Shown here: positions 41,326-53,314 of the stretch, piece by piece
Layout of the letters: the number at the start of each line of letters is the position of its first letter
Position numbering within the stretch: position 1 is the stretch's first letter
Source of the DNA: Octopus vulgaris
Taxonomy: Eukaryota
DNA length: 64,000 nt
Assembly: GCA_951406725.2 (NCBI GenBank)
Contig: OX597829.1
Coordinates: 29,512,001 to 29,576,000, forward strand
Direction: 5' to 3'
Program-made: the position numbers and the translations under genes
The notes under the pieces: generated by a model
Told to the model about the DNA's origin: nothing
Seen by the model: the letters and a program-made list of their open reading frames with translations, nothing else
Databases searched by the model: none

Positions 41326-41504
41326 CATTTCTAAGTTTCTTTATTGTTTTTTTTATATTTGTTGCTAATCGCCATTTTATCATCTCAATCACAATTTATC
41401 AGCTGTTAATATATAAACATTTCAAACCTTTTTAATCACAAACCATTTAAGTAATATTTACATTTATTGTAATTTTCACTGGCAGAGCAAGTCCTTTTTT
41501 GCCT

Positions 41505-41856
41505 TAATTTAGTTGAAATATTCTTTCTTTGATTGAATTAATTTTGAATTAATGAAGAATATAGTAAAATAACTTAGTCATTATTTCTCTAATGTTTAGA
41601 ATATAAATTAACATGAAATTTTGATGGAAAGTTTTATTAGATCACTTAAGCTCTTTTGTTACCAAATTTCTATTGGATTATACTGCCTTTGTTTCAATTA
41701 GTTTTGAAAATAATGAAGAATTTAGTAAGCTAGGGTTCAGAACATAAATTAACATGAAATGTTGGTAGAAGGTTTTAATTTAATTCACTTTAAAACAAAA
41801 AGTTTGAATTGTAGAACGAAGGGTGATCCCTGGTAGGATAGTATCACAAGGGTTAG
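41505..41856. mobile_element. piggyBac-type MITE, tandem partial duplication (family of 33352)
   Basis: Two copies of TTAATTTTGAA...AATGAAGAAT.TAGTAA...AATTAACATGAAAT; ends CACAAGGGTTAG. Confidence 0.6.
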
Positions 41857-43583
41857 TAATCTTGATCTTGTGGTTTGAAATATACACCATTGTTGGTCCG
41901 TACTTCTAGGTATTTTACCAATTAAAGGAATTAACGACATCCATGTTTAACTTGGACATTGTTTGGTCCTATCTCTCATCTCACATAGTAATGCTGTCGT
42001 GATGTTTTTATGAATGGAAGAATACATTGCGTAACAATATAATGACATTGTGAATCTTTAATTAAACATTGCAAAAAATTTTTTTCTTGTTTTTTTTTTT
42101 TAATATATAGCTGTTAATAAATTCTTCAAAATATAAAATAAACAACTACTGCTAAATTACTAAAGAATTTCTTTATTCCTGTGTTAATTGTAATAATTGT
42201 TAAGGTTATACTGCATGTTTTTGACTGCTTGACAATATTTCAAGGATTGTGAAATGCCTTATTGAAAAAGTTTAGATTTTTATATTTTATAAGCAATTTA
42301 AGAAAATTGTCCAGAATTACTTTCAAGTTACTAATTGTTGAAATTTATATTTTATTTACTTGCATTTATTGAAGTTTATTTTTATTTAGTTTTTTTTTCC
42401 AACTACATTTAGTTCTTAAGAAATTTCCTAAAATATATGGTTATAGTTTGGTAGAGCTGTTGTCACAGTTCTTAATTTTTTTCCTTTTACTTCATAATTT
42501 ATGGCAATAGTATCAGCAAATGTCCTTGTCTGGTGATCTGGTGCAGATTAATATTTTTTTGTCTTGTTTTTCTAATCAATATATAAATTTGGTAATGTAT
42601 AAATGAAATGGAGTGTAATATTTTTTATTTCTTTAGTATAAAAAAAATCTATTAATTACAACATTCTTTAAAATTTTGTAATTAATGATTTACTTGTAAA
42701 ATACAATTTATTTTTTAAGCTTCATTCTATTCCTTAAATTTATATTCCTTGTTATTTTCTTTTACTTCTTTGATTGTTTAACAATTTTATCCCCCTACTC
42801 TACCTAAACTTGGTTACTTCACTTTGTCTGTATAAATGGAAGTTAACCTACTAATAAGGAGGATCTAAAAGAATTATCACAAGATCACAGGCTTACAAAG
42901 AAGATAGTTTTTAACTTAATTTCATGGCATTCTTACTCAATCTTATCAACCAATCCAGCTTTCTGAAAATAAGCTAAATGGTTAATTCTTCAAATTTTCT
43001 TGAAACTGGGTGACTTACTCTACTGGACGTGAAAATATGATTTCTCCTTATGCAAGAACTTGGCTAGTTGTCAGTAGAACTAATTAATCCTTGTAAACAT
43101 TAATTATAATGTTCTGATGATTGAGGCCTTTTCAATACCAGTGTTATCGTCATGTTCCTGTGAAAAGCAAAAACCAACTATATTCACTCTATTTAACCTC
43201 AATGTAGTTGAAGAAAGCTGTGGAGGAGGGTAGAATGAATTGATGTTATTAACAAAACTATGCAAAATTCAAAGTCTTTGGTGATAGAATTAATAACTCC
43301 AGGAGTTCTGTTCTATGAAATGTTTAGGGATTATTTGAATATTTTAACTCTATGAAGACTTGTTTTTGTTTTACTTATTATGATATCCTTTTTCTGAATC
43401 TTTTCTTTTTATTCTTTAGTCTTTCCCCTCCTTTCTCTCTCTCTCTCTCTTTCTCTCTCTCTATCTATCTATCTCTACCTCTCACTTTCACATATAGCTA
43501 AAACCTTTTTTTTAATGTGTACTCAGTAAAATGTTTTGAAAGGAATTTCTAAATTTAGAAACTGACCATTGTTTATAGTAACA

Positions 43584-43585
<2 letters not shown>

Positions 43586-43678
<93 letters not shown>
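43586..43678. repeat. Perfect (TC)n microsatellite
   Basis: Directly visible. Confidence 0.97.
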
Positions 43679-43680
<2 letters not shown>

Positions 43681-44023
43681 CTCTGATATTAACAGAACAA
43701 GTCACTAGAAATATCAGATGCGATTTTTAACCTGGTTCTAATAAATTTTTACCATTATAAACAAAAACCCTTCACAACATGTATATTTTGATGTAGTACA
43801 AGTCTGCAATATATATTGCTGGTAGCAACTTAGAATTAATGAAAGCAAATGGTGCATTAACTACACACATTGCTGATGGAATATGGGATTATTTTAATCT
43901 TGATAAACTTTTTTTTTATCATTAAGTAGACTTCCAGAATATCATAGAAATAATCCATATATATCTATGCCACCAATTATTGTTTTAAAGACACCTTATA
44001 TATACCAGTCTATCATGTAAACA

Positions 44024-44024
<1 letters not shown>

Positions 44025-44079
<55 letters not shown>

Positions 44080-45010
44080 ATATATATATATATATATATG
44101 GGTGTATATGTATATCTCTCTATATATATATATGGGTGTATATGTATATATATATATATATGGGTATATATGTATATATATATATATATATATGGGTATA
44201 TATGTATATATATATAAATATATGTGTGTGTATATGTATGTAATTATATGTATATATATATGTATGCATATATATATATGTATATATCTATATATATATG
44301 TATATATACATATATGTACATATATGTATGTATATATATATATATATGTATATATATGTGTATGTATATATGTATATGTATGTATGTATATGTATATATA
44401 TATATATATTGTATATATGTATATATATATATATATATGTATATGTATGAATAGATATATATATATATATATATTTATGTATATGTGTGTGTGTGTGCAT
44501 ATATGTATATATATATATGTGTATATATAATATATATGCGTATATATATATATATGTATATATATGTGTGCATATATATGTGTATGTATATATAGATATG
44601 TGTATGTATATGTATTTATATATTATATAGATATGTGCGTGTATATATGTATATATATATATATGTTTACAGGTGCCACCAATATACAAAGTTCTCAGTC
44701 TTTTTGTTAGAGTTACGAAACTGAGTATCAGAACTTTTGGTTGATAGCTGATGAAGAATTAGGGTCCTTCTGTGTCTGTCCTACGTGTATGTCTTGTAGT
44801 ATTTAATGCATTTTTTTGTTTATTGAGTAACTGAATACCATGCATGGTGACTTTTGTTAACAGTAAGCTTTTTATATTTGTGTATATGTGTGTATATATA
44901 TATATCGCTTTTTTAGTAAAACATAAATCCGGGGAAGAAGCACACTTTAAGAAGTAGAGCAGTCTATATTTATTACTGGTGAAGGCCAGTTTATAGACCC
45001 TACAATATAG

Positions 45011-45091
<81 letters not shown>

Positions 45092-45150
45092 GGATATGTA
45101 TATTTATATATGTACATGTATGTATATATATATGTATGTATTTGTGCGTG

Positions 45151-45215
<65 letters not shown>

Positions 45216-45220
45216 ATAAT
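44025..45220. repeat. Long compound TA/TG microsatellite interrupted by a Penelope-like fragment (about 44670-45010)
   Basis: Visible tracts; the insert carries GAAACTGAGTATC, GCTGATGAAG and ACTGGTGAAGG hammerhead-like pieces. Confidence 0.75.
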
Positions 45221-45626
45221 TGCTATTGTAACCATTGTTTTAAGTTTTGTTCAAATATATGTTATAATGACAATTAATTTTAATTAAAAATAATAGATAT
45301 CTACTGTATGTATTGGGTAATACTTTCTTTGTTTACAACATAAGCAATTCTATCATTGATTATATATGCATATATATATATATATATAAAACATAATTTA
45401 AGGATAAAAATCATTAAAATTAAATAATTTTATCAGTAGCCAGCATATAAGAAAACTTTATATCTATATAGATGTATACATACATACATGCATATATATA
45501 TATATATGTATGTATAGTAGTAGTAGTAATAATAATAATAATAATAATAATGATCCATGGATGGAATTCATAAATATTTTAATATATCTCTATGCATTAA
45601 AATATTATTTAAATTCCATCCATGGC

Positions 45627-45662
<36 letters not shown>

Positions 45663-45667
<5 letters not shown>

Positions 45668-45943
45668 TAGTATATTTTTTATAGCGTGCTTTCACTTCAC
45701 TACCGAGCGCAGCTCTGTGTGCCTTGGGTATGTGCTGTGATTTGTTGTGATGCTCTGATGGTTACTGTATGGAAAGTGTTCTGCGTAGGATGTGTGCAGT
45801 GCCTAGTAGTGCAATTTTCTGTATGTTATATGTGTTTGTAAGTCCTGGTGTTTTTGTTATGTATTTGTCTGAATATTTTTTTATCATGTCTAATGCACCT
45901 ATTATGATAGGAATTGTTTCTGTTTTTAGATTCCACATTCTAA
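45663..45943 (-). mobile_element. R4/Dong-clade LINE 3' end inserted in (TAA)n
   Basis: RMWNLKTETIPIIIGALDMIKKYSDKYITKTPGLTNTYNIQKIALLGTAHILRRTLSIQ* (stop 45762-45764), short 3' UTR, then TAA repeats; TAA repeats on the other side too. Confidence 0.88.
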
Positions 45944-46121
45944 ATATTATTATTATTATTATTTTTATTATTACTATATTTATCCTACATTATATCAGCA
46001 TAGCTCAGTGTGACCCCTACCAAAAAAACTGATATTGCCAGTTGATAACATTAGGTTGCAGCTGGCATAATAAATTAGAGCTTTTGTATGTATATATATG
46101 TATATGTATGTAAATGTATGA

Positions 46122-46168
<47 letters not shown>

Positions 46169-46207
46169 CTATATGTATATGTATGTATATGAATATATGT
46201 ATGTATG

Positions 46208-46249
<42 letters not shown>

Positions 46250-47959
46250 TCTATACACACACAAACAGACACACTCATGCACTTATGCTTTAGTCTATTT
46301 GCCTGTTTACCAATTTATCCAGCCAAATGTTTGTTTTGTTTGTTTTTAAATATATATTTATTTTGTTTTAGATTTAAAATCCTTGTTGAATGTTTATTAC
46401 AATTCTTTTTACCAAAAAACCTTGTTAACCTCAGATAAATTGGCTTTTGTTTTTTTTGTTTTTAAGATGGAAACAAAACCATCGCTGTTAACCTCGAAAG
46501 GAGAATATAATTTTTTGTTTTATTAAATAAAAAAAGGAACTCTGGGTAAATATATAAGCTCCTTTTCTCCCTGCAAAGCAACACCATTTTATCAAATCTC
46601 AGAGGAATGACAAAACCTTAACTATCAGAACTGTTCTGTTAGCTTTAGAGGGCCAATATCATTCTACTGAAACCTTTTCAGTTTTGCATCAGTGGAATGG
46701 TGTAACTCTTTTTATCAAAGCCATTTCACTCACCTGGGAACAACTCCAATTTTTTTTTTATCTTTTCAGCCTCTGAGAAATGACACCATTCTTTAAAAAT
46801 CATTCTCTTAAGCTTTAGTGAAATAATAATAATAATAATACCACCCTTTCTTACACAAAGTATTATTGTAGATCATCTTGGAACAAGACTAAAATGGTAT
46901 TTTAGCTACCATTATAAAAGTCCACTTTATTTTCCTTAGTATTGTTTCAATAATGATAATAATCCATTCAATGTTAGTCTGTGTTTTTTCTTTTTCTTTT
47001 TCCTTTTTTTTTTTTTCTCCTTAACCTTATGTGCCCGGTGCAGCTTCTACCGTTTTCTGGTCTCTGATTTCTTTCTATGTAAATTTACTGTTCCCGGTGA
47101 GGTTCTTACCTATTGGTTATGAGTGGCATTTACTTTTATCATTGTTTCAATTTCAAATTCTTCAAAATGCCCTCATGTGTCTAAAATTTAAAAAGAAAAA
47201 TTGCCCTCAAAAATAATGATTTACTTACATTCATATTTTATTTCATTTTATTCTTTCAATAAATAACTCACAGGTTTTTTTCTTTTGTTGTTATTTTTCT
47301 TTTCATATTTCTGTCCTTTTGGTGTTGTTATTTTTAAATTACAGCTAGGCTGTTTGGGTCTTTTTTTTTTTGTTTTGTCTTATGGTGATTTTTCAATTCT
47401 TCTCTATAAAATTAATGATTGCTTATAGATTTACGAAAAAGAAAAAAGAAAAACGAACTTTATTTCTTTCGGTAGGCATTTAATTATAATAAACTTTACT
47501 GTTTACTTACATGAGTTTTATCTTTAATTTTTTTCTATAAATCATAAATCTAAAAAAAAAAAAATGTTCAGCCACTTAGCATAACTACTCTTATTTCAAT
47601 TCTTCGTGTATCTGTGTGTGTGTGTTTGTATATATGTATATATTCTCAAATCTCTTTTGTTGCTTTCTCTCTTTATCATTTTCACACATACTTGCATATC
47701 TACCCATTTTTGTAATTGTTTTGCAAAATTCTTGATATAGAACTATGCATTGAAGTATTTCAGTATTTTGGGCAGGTCATTCTGCTAATAAATATAGACA
47801 TGCACGTTGGTTGGGTTGTAGTTTAATTATTTATTAATTTGTGAAAGTCTTTTGTTATGCTTCCATAACCTTCTTAATGGAGTCTGTGCTTTGGGGCAAG
47901 AGTTTGTTGTAGCTTTTATGTGCACAGTTTCCATAGTGTCTATTGTGATGTGAGTGTTC

Positions 47960-48312
47960 ACTCACCATCATAGTTCACAATGATATCAGTAATATCTATA
48001 ATGTATAATGATACCTAATACAAAGGCTGCATCTTTTTTTATGTGTGTATATATATATTGGTGGTCTGCTGGGAATAAAGGCAAGGAGTTGGCTCTGGAT
48101 TTGGTACAGCTCATGTTTCTTTGTGCTCCTGCAATCCTGTTCATTTGAAGGAGGTGGCACCTTTGTCTGTGTAGCTACACCAGGCAGGGCAGTCCTGTGC
48201 TTGCATTTCCCAGGTGTCATGGCTGATCTGAAAGTACCTCTGTGAAGTATTCAGTATGTCTTTGAAGCACTTCTGTCCACCTTGCGTGTGTTTGACTTCT
48301 ACCAGTTCATTG
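47960..48312 (-). mobile_element. RTE-clade (BovB-like) LINE 3' fragment
   Basis: ELVEVKHTQGGQKCFKDILNTSQRYFQISHDTWEMQAQDCPAWCSYTDKGATSF resembles the RTE C-terminal GGQKKRFKD...WE..AQDR..W motif. Confidence 0.75.
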
Positions 48313-48327
48313 CATATATATATATAT

Positions 48328-48875
48328 TTAATTAAAAAATCTTAGGGTAGCAAAAATATTTATAGAAAAATTCTTTGTTACCAGTGGTCTAGCGAGAAGG
48401 AAAAATTTAGTCAATAGACTATACATTATTCATAGAAGAATACAGTGTACATTCAAACACATAAGAGATGACCAATAATAGGACATCTGACTCACTAGAA
48501 AGAGCAGTTAAAACTCCAAGCCACTAATAGTTGCAATTCTGAAAGGGAATGAAAAATAAAAACATTTACCTTATTTTTCCTAGACTATGCATAGTTTCTG
48601 CAATCTTATATAGATTGAAATAAAATAATTTTAATTTATATCTGGTGTTGCTTCGTCAGTAGGATGCCAGGGATCAACATATAGATACAAGGTGATAAGT
48701 AACATGCCACGTGTCTATATGTTATAATTTTTCGAATCCTCCGTGCAAATGTGGAACTATCCAGCAGTAAATAAACTGCCAATTTTCTTTCAAAATTAGC
48801 CAAAAACCTTTTATCATTAATTAAAAAACCTTAGGGTAGCAAAAATATTTATAGAAAAATTCTTTGTTACCAGTG
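48328..48875 (-). mobile_element. Non-coding retrozyme/Penelope-pLTR-like element with 59-bp terminal direct repeats
   Basis: 48328-48386 is nearly identical to 48817-48875 (period 489 bp); flanked by (TA)n; contains a hammerhead. Confidence 0.7.
48578..48664 (-). ncRNA. Type I hammerhead ribozyme, near-intact
   Basis: TCCTA-CTGACGA-A-GCAA...TTGC-A-GAAA-CTATGCATAG-TC-TAGGA: perfect stem I, full core, palindromic stem III, GUC site (cut between 48583 and 48582). Confidence 0.75.
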
Positions 48876-49220
48876 CTATATATATATATATATATATATA
48901 TAATGTATGTATTTTAAGATTTTGCTTAGGCATAGCAATACTAATAACTAGTGTTGGAACTCACTACACATATGCTAGACAATAAAGCATTGATCAAGTA
49001 CAGTGTGTAATATGAATTTAAAGAAATTACTTGTGAATAGAAATTATGTAATCAACTTCAATAGCTGTTTCTGCTACAAGATGCAGTGCACTTATAGCTA
49101 AGTGTTTGTGCAATGCTATATAACTTCCCCAGAGCTTCTGAAAAAAAGCTCCTTTGTGATTTATTTAATTCATATCTATATATATATATAGACAGGTGGA
49201 TGTGTGTGTGTGTATATATA

Positions 49221-49253
<33 letters not shown>

Positions 49254-49654
49254 GATTTGCCTTTAAATTTAAATATGTGGCCTTTCAGTGTTATTTTTAT
49301 GCTGGTACCAGCTGTATGTGAAACCATGTTTCTAATTTTATTGTAATTTGCTGAAATTTCAATGACTTTAGCTAACCTCTAACATCTATCAGAGATTTTT
49401 TAAACTGTTGAGGTAATGATGGGCTATGTACCTAATTTGGATTTGGTTGGATAAGCACTTTGTAAGTCATATTAGTTGAGACAGTCCTTCTTACATGTTA
49501 GCCATAGAAGATATATTTAGTGAACATCAGCATTATGAAATGTCACATCACTCAGGAATATCATTTCCACATTATTCCACAGCAGAATCAGCATTAGTAC
49601 ATATAGGATTACTACCATTATGCTACTTATAATGCAACCTGTAAGGTAGCTGGA

Positions 49655-49882
49655 TCAGTTACTATCATCGGTCTTACTCAGGAGGGTCTTTGGCTCCTCT
49701 TGTGCACATTTAGAAACATCTTGATTATTGGGTGTATGGTCAAGTGGAAATATTACAGCCCGTTTTTCAGTAGAAATATTGACACTCCAAACAGGCTGGG
49801 TAGGCTGTCCATCAAAAGAATTAAATATATATCTGTACACTGTCATAAGTCCATTTGTTGCCCCATTTACACTATCAACATA
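49655..49882 (-). CDS. Putative terminal coding exon of an unidentified gene
   Basis: Strong acceptor TTTCTCTTGATATGTTGTGTTCTTCAG| followed by 75 open codons of complex sequence (YVDSVNGATNGLMTVYRYIF...VIFPLDHTP...) to TGA; not repeat-like. Confidence 0.55.
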   Translation of the reverse strand, partial: YVDSVNGATNGLMTVYRYIFNSFDGQPTQPVWSVNISTEKRAVIFPLDHTPNNQDVSKCAQEEPKTLLSKTDDSN

Positions 49883-50056
49883 CTGAAGAACACAACATAT
49901 CAAGAGAAATATTGAAATAGAAGCCCTATCCTATTACAGGCACAAACAGCTGAACACATACAAGAGAACATGTATGAGGTGACAGAGACAACGTCATAGA
50001 TAATACAATGAATTATGGAACAATATAATATGAATTACTGATGTAGACAAGATTAA

Positions 50057-50164
50057 CCCTTAGTATACTGTAGGTGCATCATGCTACTGTATGAGTTTTT
50101 TCCCCTGTAGTAACAGGACAGTGGCAGGGGAAACAATTCTAGAGAAAATGCAGTGTGCTAAAGG
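50057..50164. mobile_element. Short piggyBac-type MITE
   Basis: TTAA|CCCTTAGTATACTG ... CAGTGTGCTAAAGG|TTAA. Confidence 0.6.
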
Positions 50165-50394
50165 TTAATTTGGTAAACAATAAAATAGTAAATATTTAGT
50201 TAGACAAATGAACAGTGGAAACAGCTATATGTATGCAAGTTGCTTTGGAGCAGATAAAAGGAAGAAAAATATTATAAGGGTACCCACAACAATTGGAGCA
50301 TGTCTTGGGATGATTCAAAGATTCAAACCAATTGAAACAGGAATACATATGGAAATAGCAGAGGAAAAGACCCCATACACAAACATGGACACTC

Positions 50395-50547
50395 ACTACA
50401 GGGGTTGCCACCACCCCCTGCCGGAGCCTCGTGGGGGTTTTAGGTGTTTTCGCTCAATAAACACACACAATGCCCGGTCTGGGAATCGAAACCATGATCC
50501 TCTGACCGCGAGTCCACTGCCCTAACCACTGGGCCATTGCACCTCCA
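50395..50547 (-). mobile_element. tRNA-derived SINE head (family C)
   Basis: TGGAGGTGCAATGGCCCAGTGGTTAGGGCAG (A box) ... GGTTTCGATTCCC (B box), followed by a non-tRNA body. Confidence 0.8.
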
Positions 50548-51019
50548 TAGTCCATCAGTAGTGATCTTGAATTAAATGAAAATGGCCATTGTAAAATTTG
50601 GGATGGACAATCAAGCAGCATAAAAATTTTGGCAAGAAGAAATAGGACCATAAAAAAATAGTTGAGTAGTTCTTGAGATGTGGACATCGAAGCAAATGAG
50701 CATCCGTCAGTTTCAAGGTTAAACATTTTTTACAACCTGGACAAAAATTTAATGCAAGTGAGCATATTATAACTGGAAAGGAGCAGAATGATGCTTAGTG
50801 CTACTAAGTACCATTTTCTGATAGGGAACAAGATAGCAGTAACAGCAACACAAAAAGAAAGAAGAATGATATTTTCAATGAAAATAAGTGTAATTTATGT
50901 GACAATCAATAACTCTATTACTACATCTAACACCATCAACAACTTCTAATCAAAACCAGAATCATGATCAACAGCACAAAGAAAAACAAAACAACAATGT
51001 TAATATACATAAAGGTATA

Positions 51020-52335
51020 GTATCAATCCTGCTTGAACTCCAGTCTTTCCACAAGTAACACATGAACACAAAATATGAATTTCTCATTATCAAATGTCTA
51101 GAGACTCTCACCCATTCCATAAAATTGGGTGGCATTTACTCAGAAAGATCACTATCAGGTGTGCAAAGGATGCTTTCAAGAGTACACAACTCATACTTTT
51201 CTACATTCCATCAGTATGGCTTTCACAGAATCAGATTTACTGGAGACCTTTTATATCATTCAGCAATGGGGCTTAATGAAAGAAATGTTGCTTTGCACAT
51301 CAGCAAAGTTTTTGATCATGTTCAGCATGCAAATATCCTATCCAAACATTTCACATACAGAGTTCAGCCATCTCTCATTACTTGGATCACTAGCATTCTA
51401 TCACATCATACAACTTTGGCATGTATTAACAGCATTCTTTCTGTTCTTCTCTCAATCAACTCTGTGTTCTCCTGGATTTAGATTTGACCCCCATTCTCTT
51501 CATTCTGTACTTCAATGACCTACTTGCCACCACATTCCTCAGTACCCACTCTTGAACAGATGACACAACCCTTCATTCTTCCTTAACCTTTTCTGCAATC
51601 TACACAACAAACTTACATTGAATCAGTAAGTGAAGATTTTAAGATCACCCAACAATCAGGACACACCAACCTTGTCTCTGTTAATAGCAAAAGACTCAAG
51701 CAACACTTATATCAAGAAAACACCACCACAGACCATCTAAACTGGGTAACATTCAGCTAGAACCTCCAGTCACTCCAAATACTGGCCCTCACTATCACTA
51801 AAGATTTCTACTAGCAAGAGCACATCCTTAGCATAACTATAAGTGTATCCCAAAGACTGGCTCTTTTCTGGCAGATATTTCAGCTCTTAACAACTAGTGA
51901 CGTTCTATTAGACTCAAGTCAAGCTCAAGTACTGTGCCTACAGCTGAAACAGGGCTGTTGCTATACACATTGTCATTTTGGACAGCATTGAGAAAAGGGA
52001 CAGACAACTGATAAATATAACCTCTGACCCATAAGTATTCTGTCTCCACTCTGTCTATTCTACTTCTATTATATTGGTCTCTGCTTCTCAGAGGTAGCTG
52101 GTTTCATACCTTCATCACTCAGGCACTCCCCAGCCCATTTATCTCTCCACTTGGTGCTTCACCCTTGATGCATCCAGTCTCTCCTGCTCCACCCCACAAC
52201 TCTCATTGTACCCAGTCTGTTTTCCTAAGAAAATTTGCCCTTTTGAAACTTTACTCTGTTCATGTTCTTCCTGTAGGTGTTGACCTGCAGTAATTTTAAC
52301 AGAACATTTACAGCATCGAACTTACCAGTTTCAGG
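51020..52335 (+). mobile_element. CR1/Jockey-group LINE reverse transcriptase remnant
   Basis: HQYGFHRIRFTGDLL...VALHISKVFDHVQH..LSK...PSLITWITSILS matches QYGFR..STGDLL, ALDISKAFDRVWH; many stops and frameshifts. Confidence 0.8.
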
Positions 52336-52406
52336 ACTGTAAGACCATTTAGTAAAAAGCAAAGAAAGAAAGAAAGAAAGAACGGGAGAGGGAAGGAGGG
52401 CGAGAG

Positions 52407-52449
<43 letters not shown>

Positions 52450-52739
52450 AAAACAAAATGACGCAAAATGAATTTGAGTTACTAGTGGGTGTACAAGGCC
52501 TATGAACGATGCAGACTTTCCTAATTGCTCAGAATGATGTGCGGTGTTCGGCTAGTACTATTTACTGGTGGCATACAAGAAGAAAAAAACCGTTACAGTG
52601 AGGGAATGTTTCATTGGAGCGAATGTTTCATTAACGATATCTACGGGCCAAATGATAGTGTTGGACTGATTACCAAATGGTAGTGTTGGAATGATATAAG
52701 CCACAGATTATACTCGATTGAGCAAGGATTAGAGAATAA

Positions 52740-52950
52740 TTGTTTTTAATCCAGGCACAACACTAATAATTTCGAGGGAGAGGTTGAATCGATACTTATA
52801 TTCCTAGCACTTTATTGATACATCATTTTACTGATCCCGGAGGAATGAAAGGCACAGTAAATCTCAGTGGGATTTGAACTCACAATGTACAGTAGTGTAA
52901 CTAAATACCACAAAGCATTTTGTCGGACGCTCCAACGTTTCTTTCAATCT
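52740..52950 (-). mobile_element. Family B SINE
   Basis: GGAATGAAAGGCACAGT...GGATTTGAACTCACAATGTA is the reverse complement of the family B core. Confidence 0.65.
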
Positions 52951-53314
52951 TTCATATAACAAGCACTGTGGACTCATCTGACAGTTAATAGCAATGCTAA
53001 AGGGAAGTAACTCTTAAATTTTTCACAGGGGAAACAAAACGTTGTCTTGGTTTTCCTCTCCCCATCTACATCTCTCTTTCTCTTTCTTTCTCTCGGTAAT
53101 TTTAGTTTAATACAACTAGACGCAATTTTTATCGACACAGACTACATACAAGCCTTCTGCTTTCTTTTTAAAGATACATACAGGCGCGCGTGCACATATG
53201 TATATATACATATGAATGTGTGTGTGTATGTGTTTATGTATATGTGTACACACACATACACATATGTTAATAACACCTATAAGGAGGTGCTTTATCCATT
53301 TACCAAAGTGAATG

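Noticed and set aside
50208-50525. 105-aa plus-strand ORF
   Set aside because: The 3' part is an antisense SINE; the 5' part at most resembles a decayed RLE-LINE tail (VPTTIGACLG).
50470-50547. Possible tRNA gene
   Set aside because: A/B boxes are present but there is no proper acceptor stem, and it continues into a SINE body.
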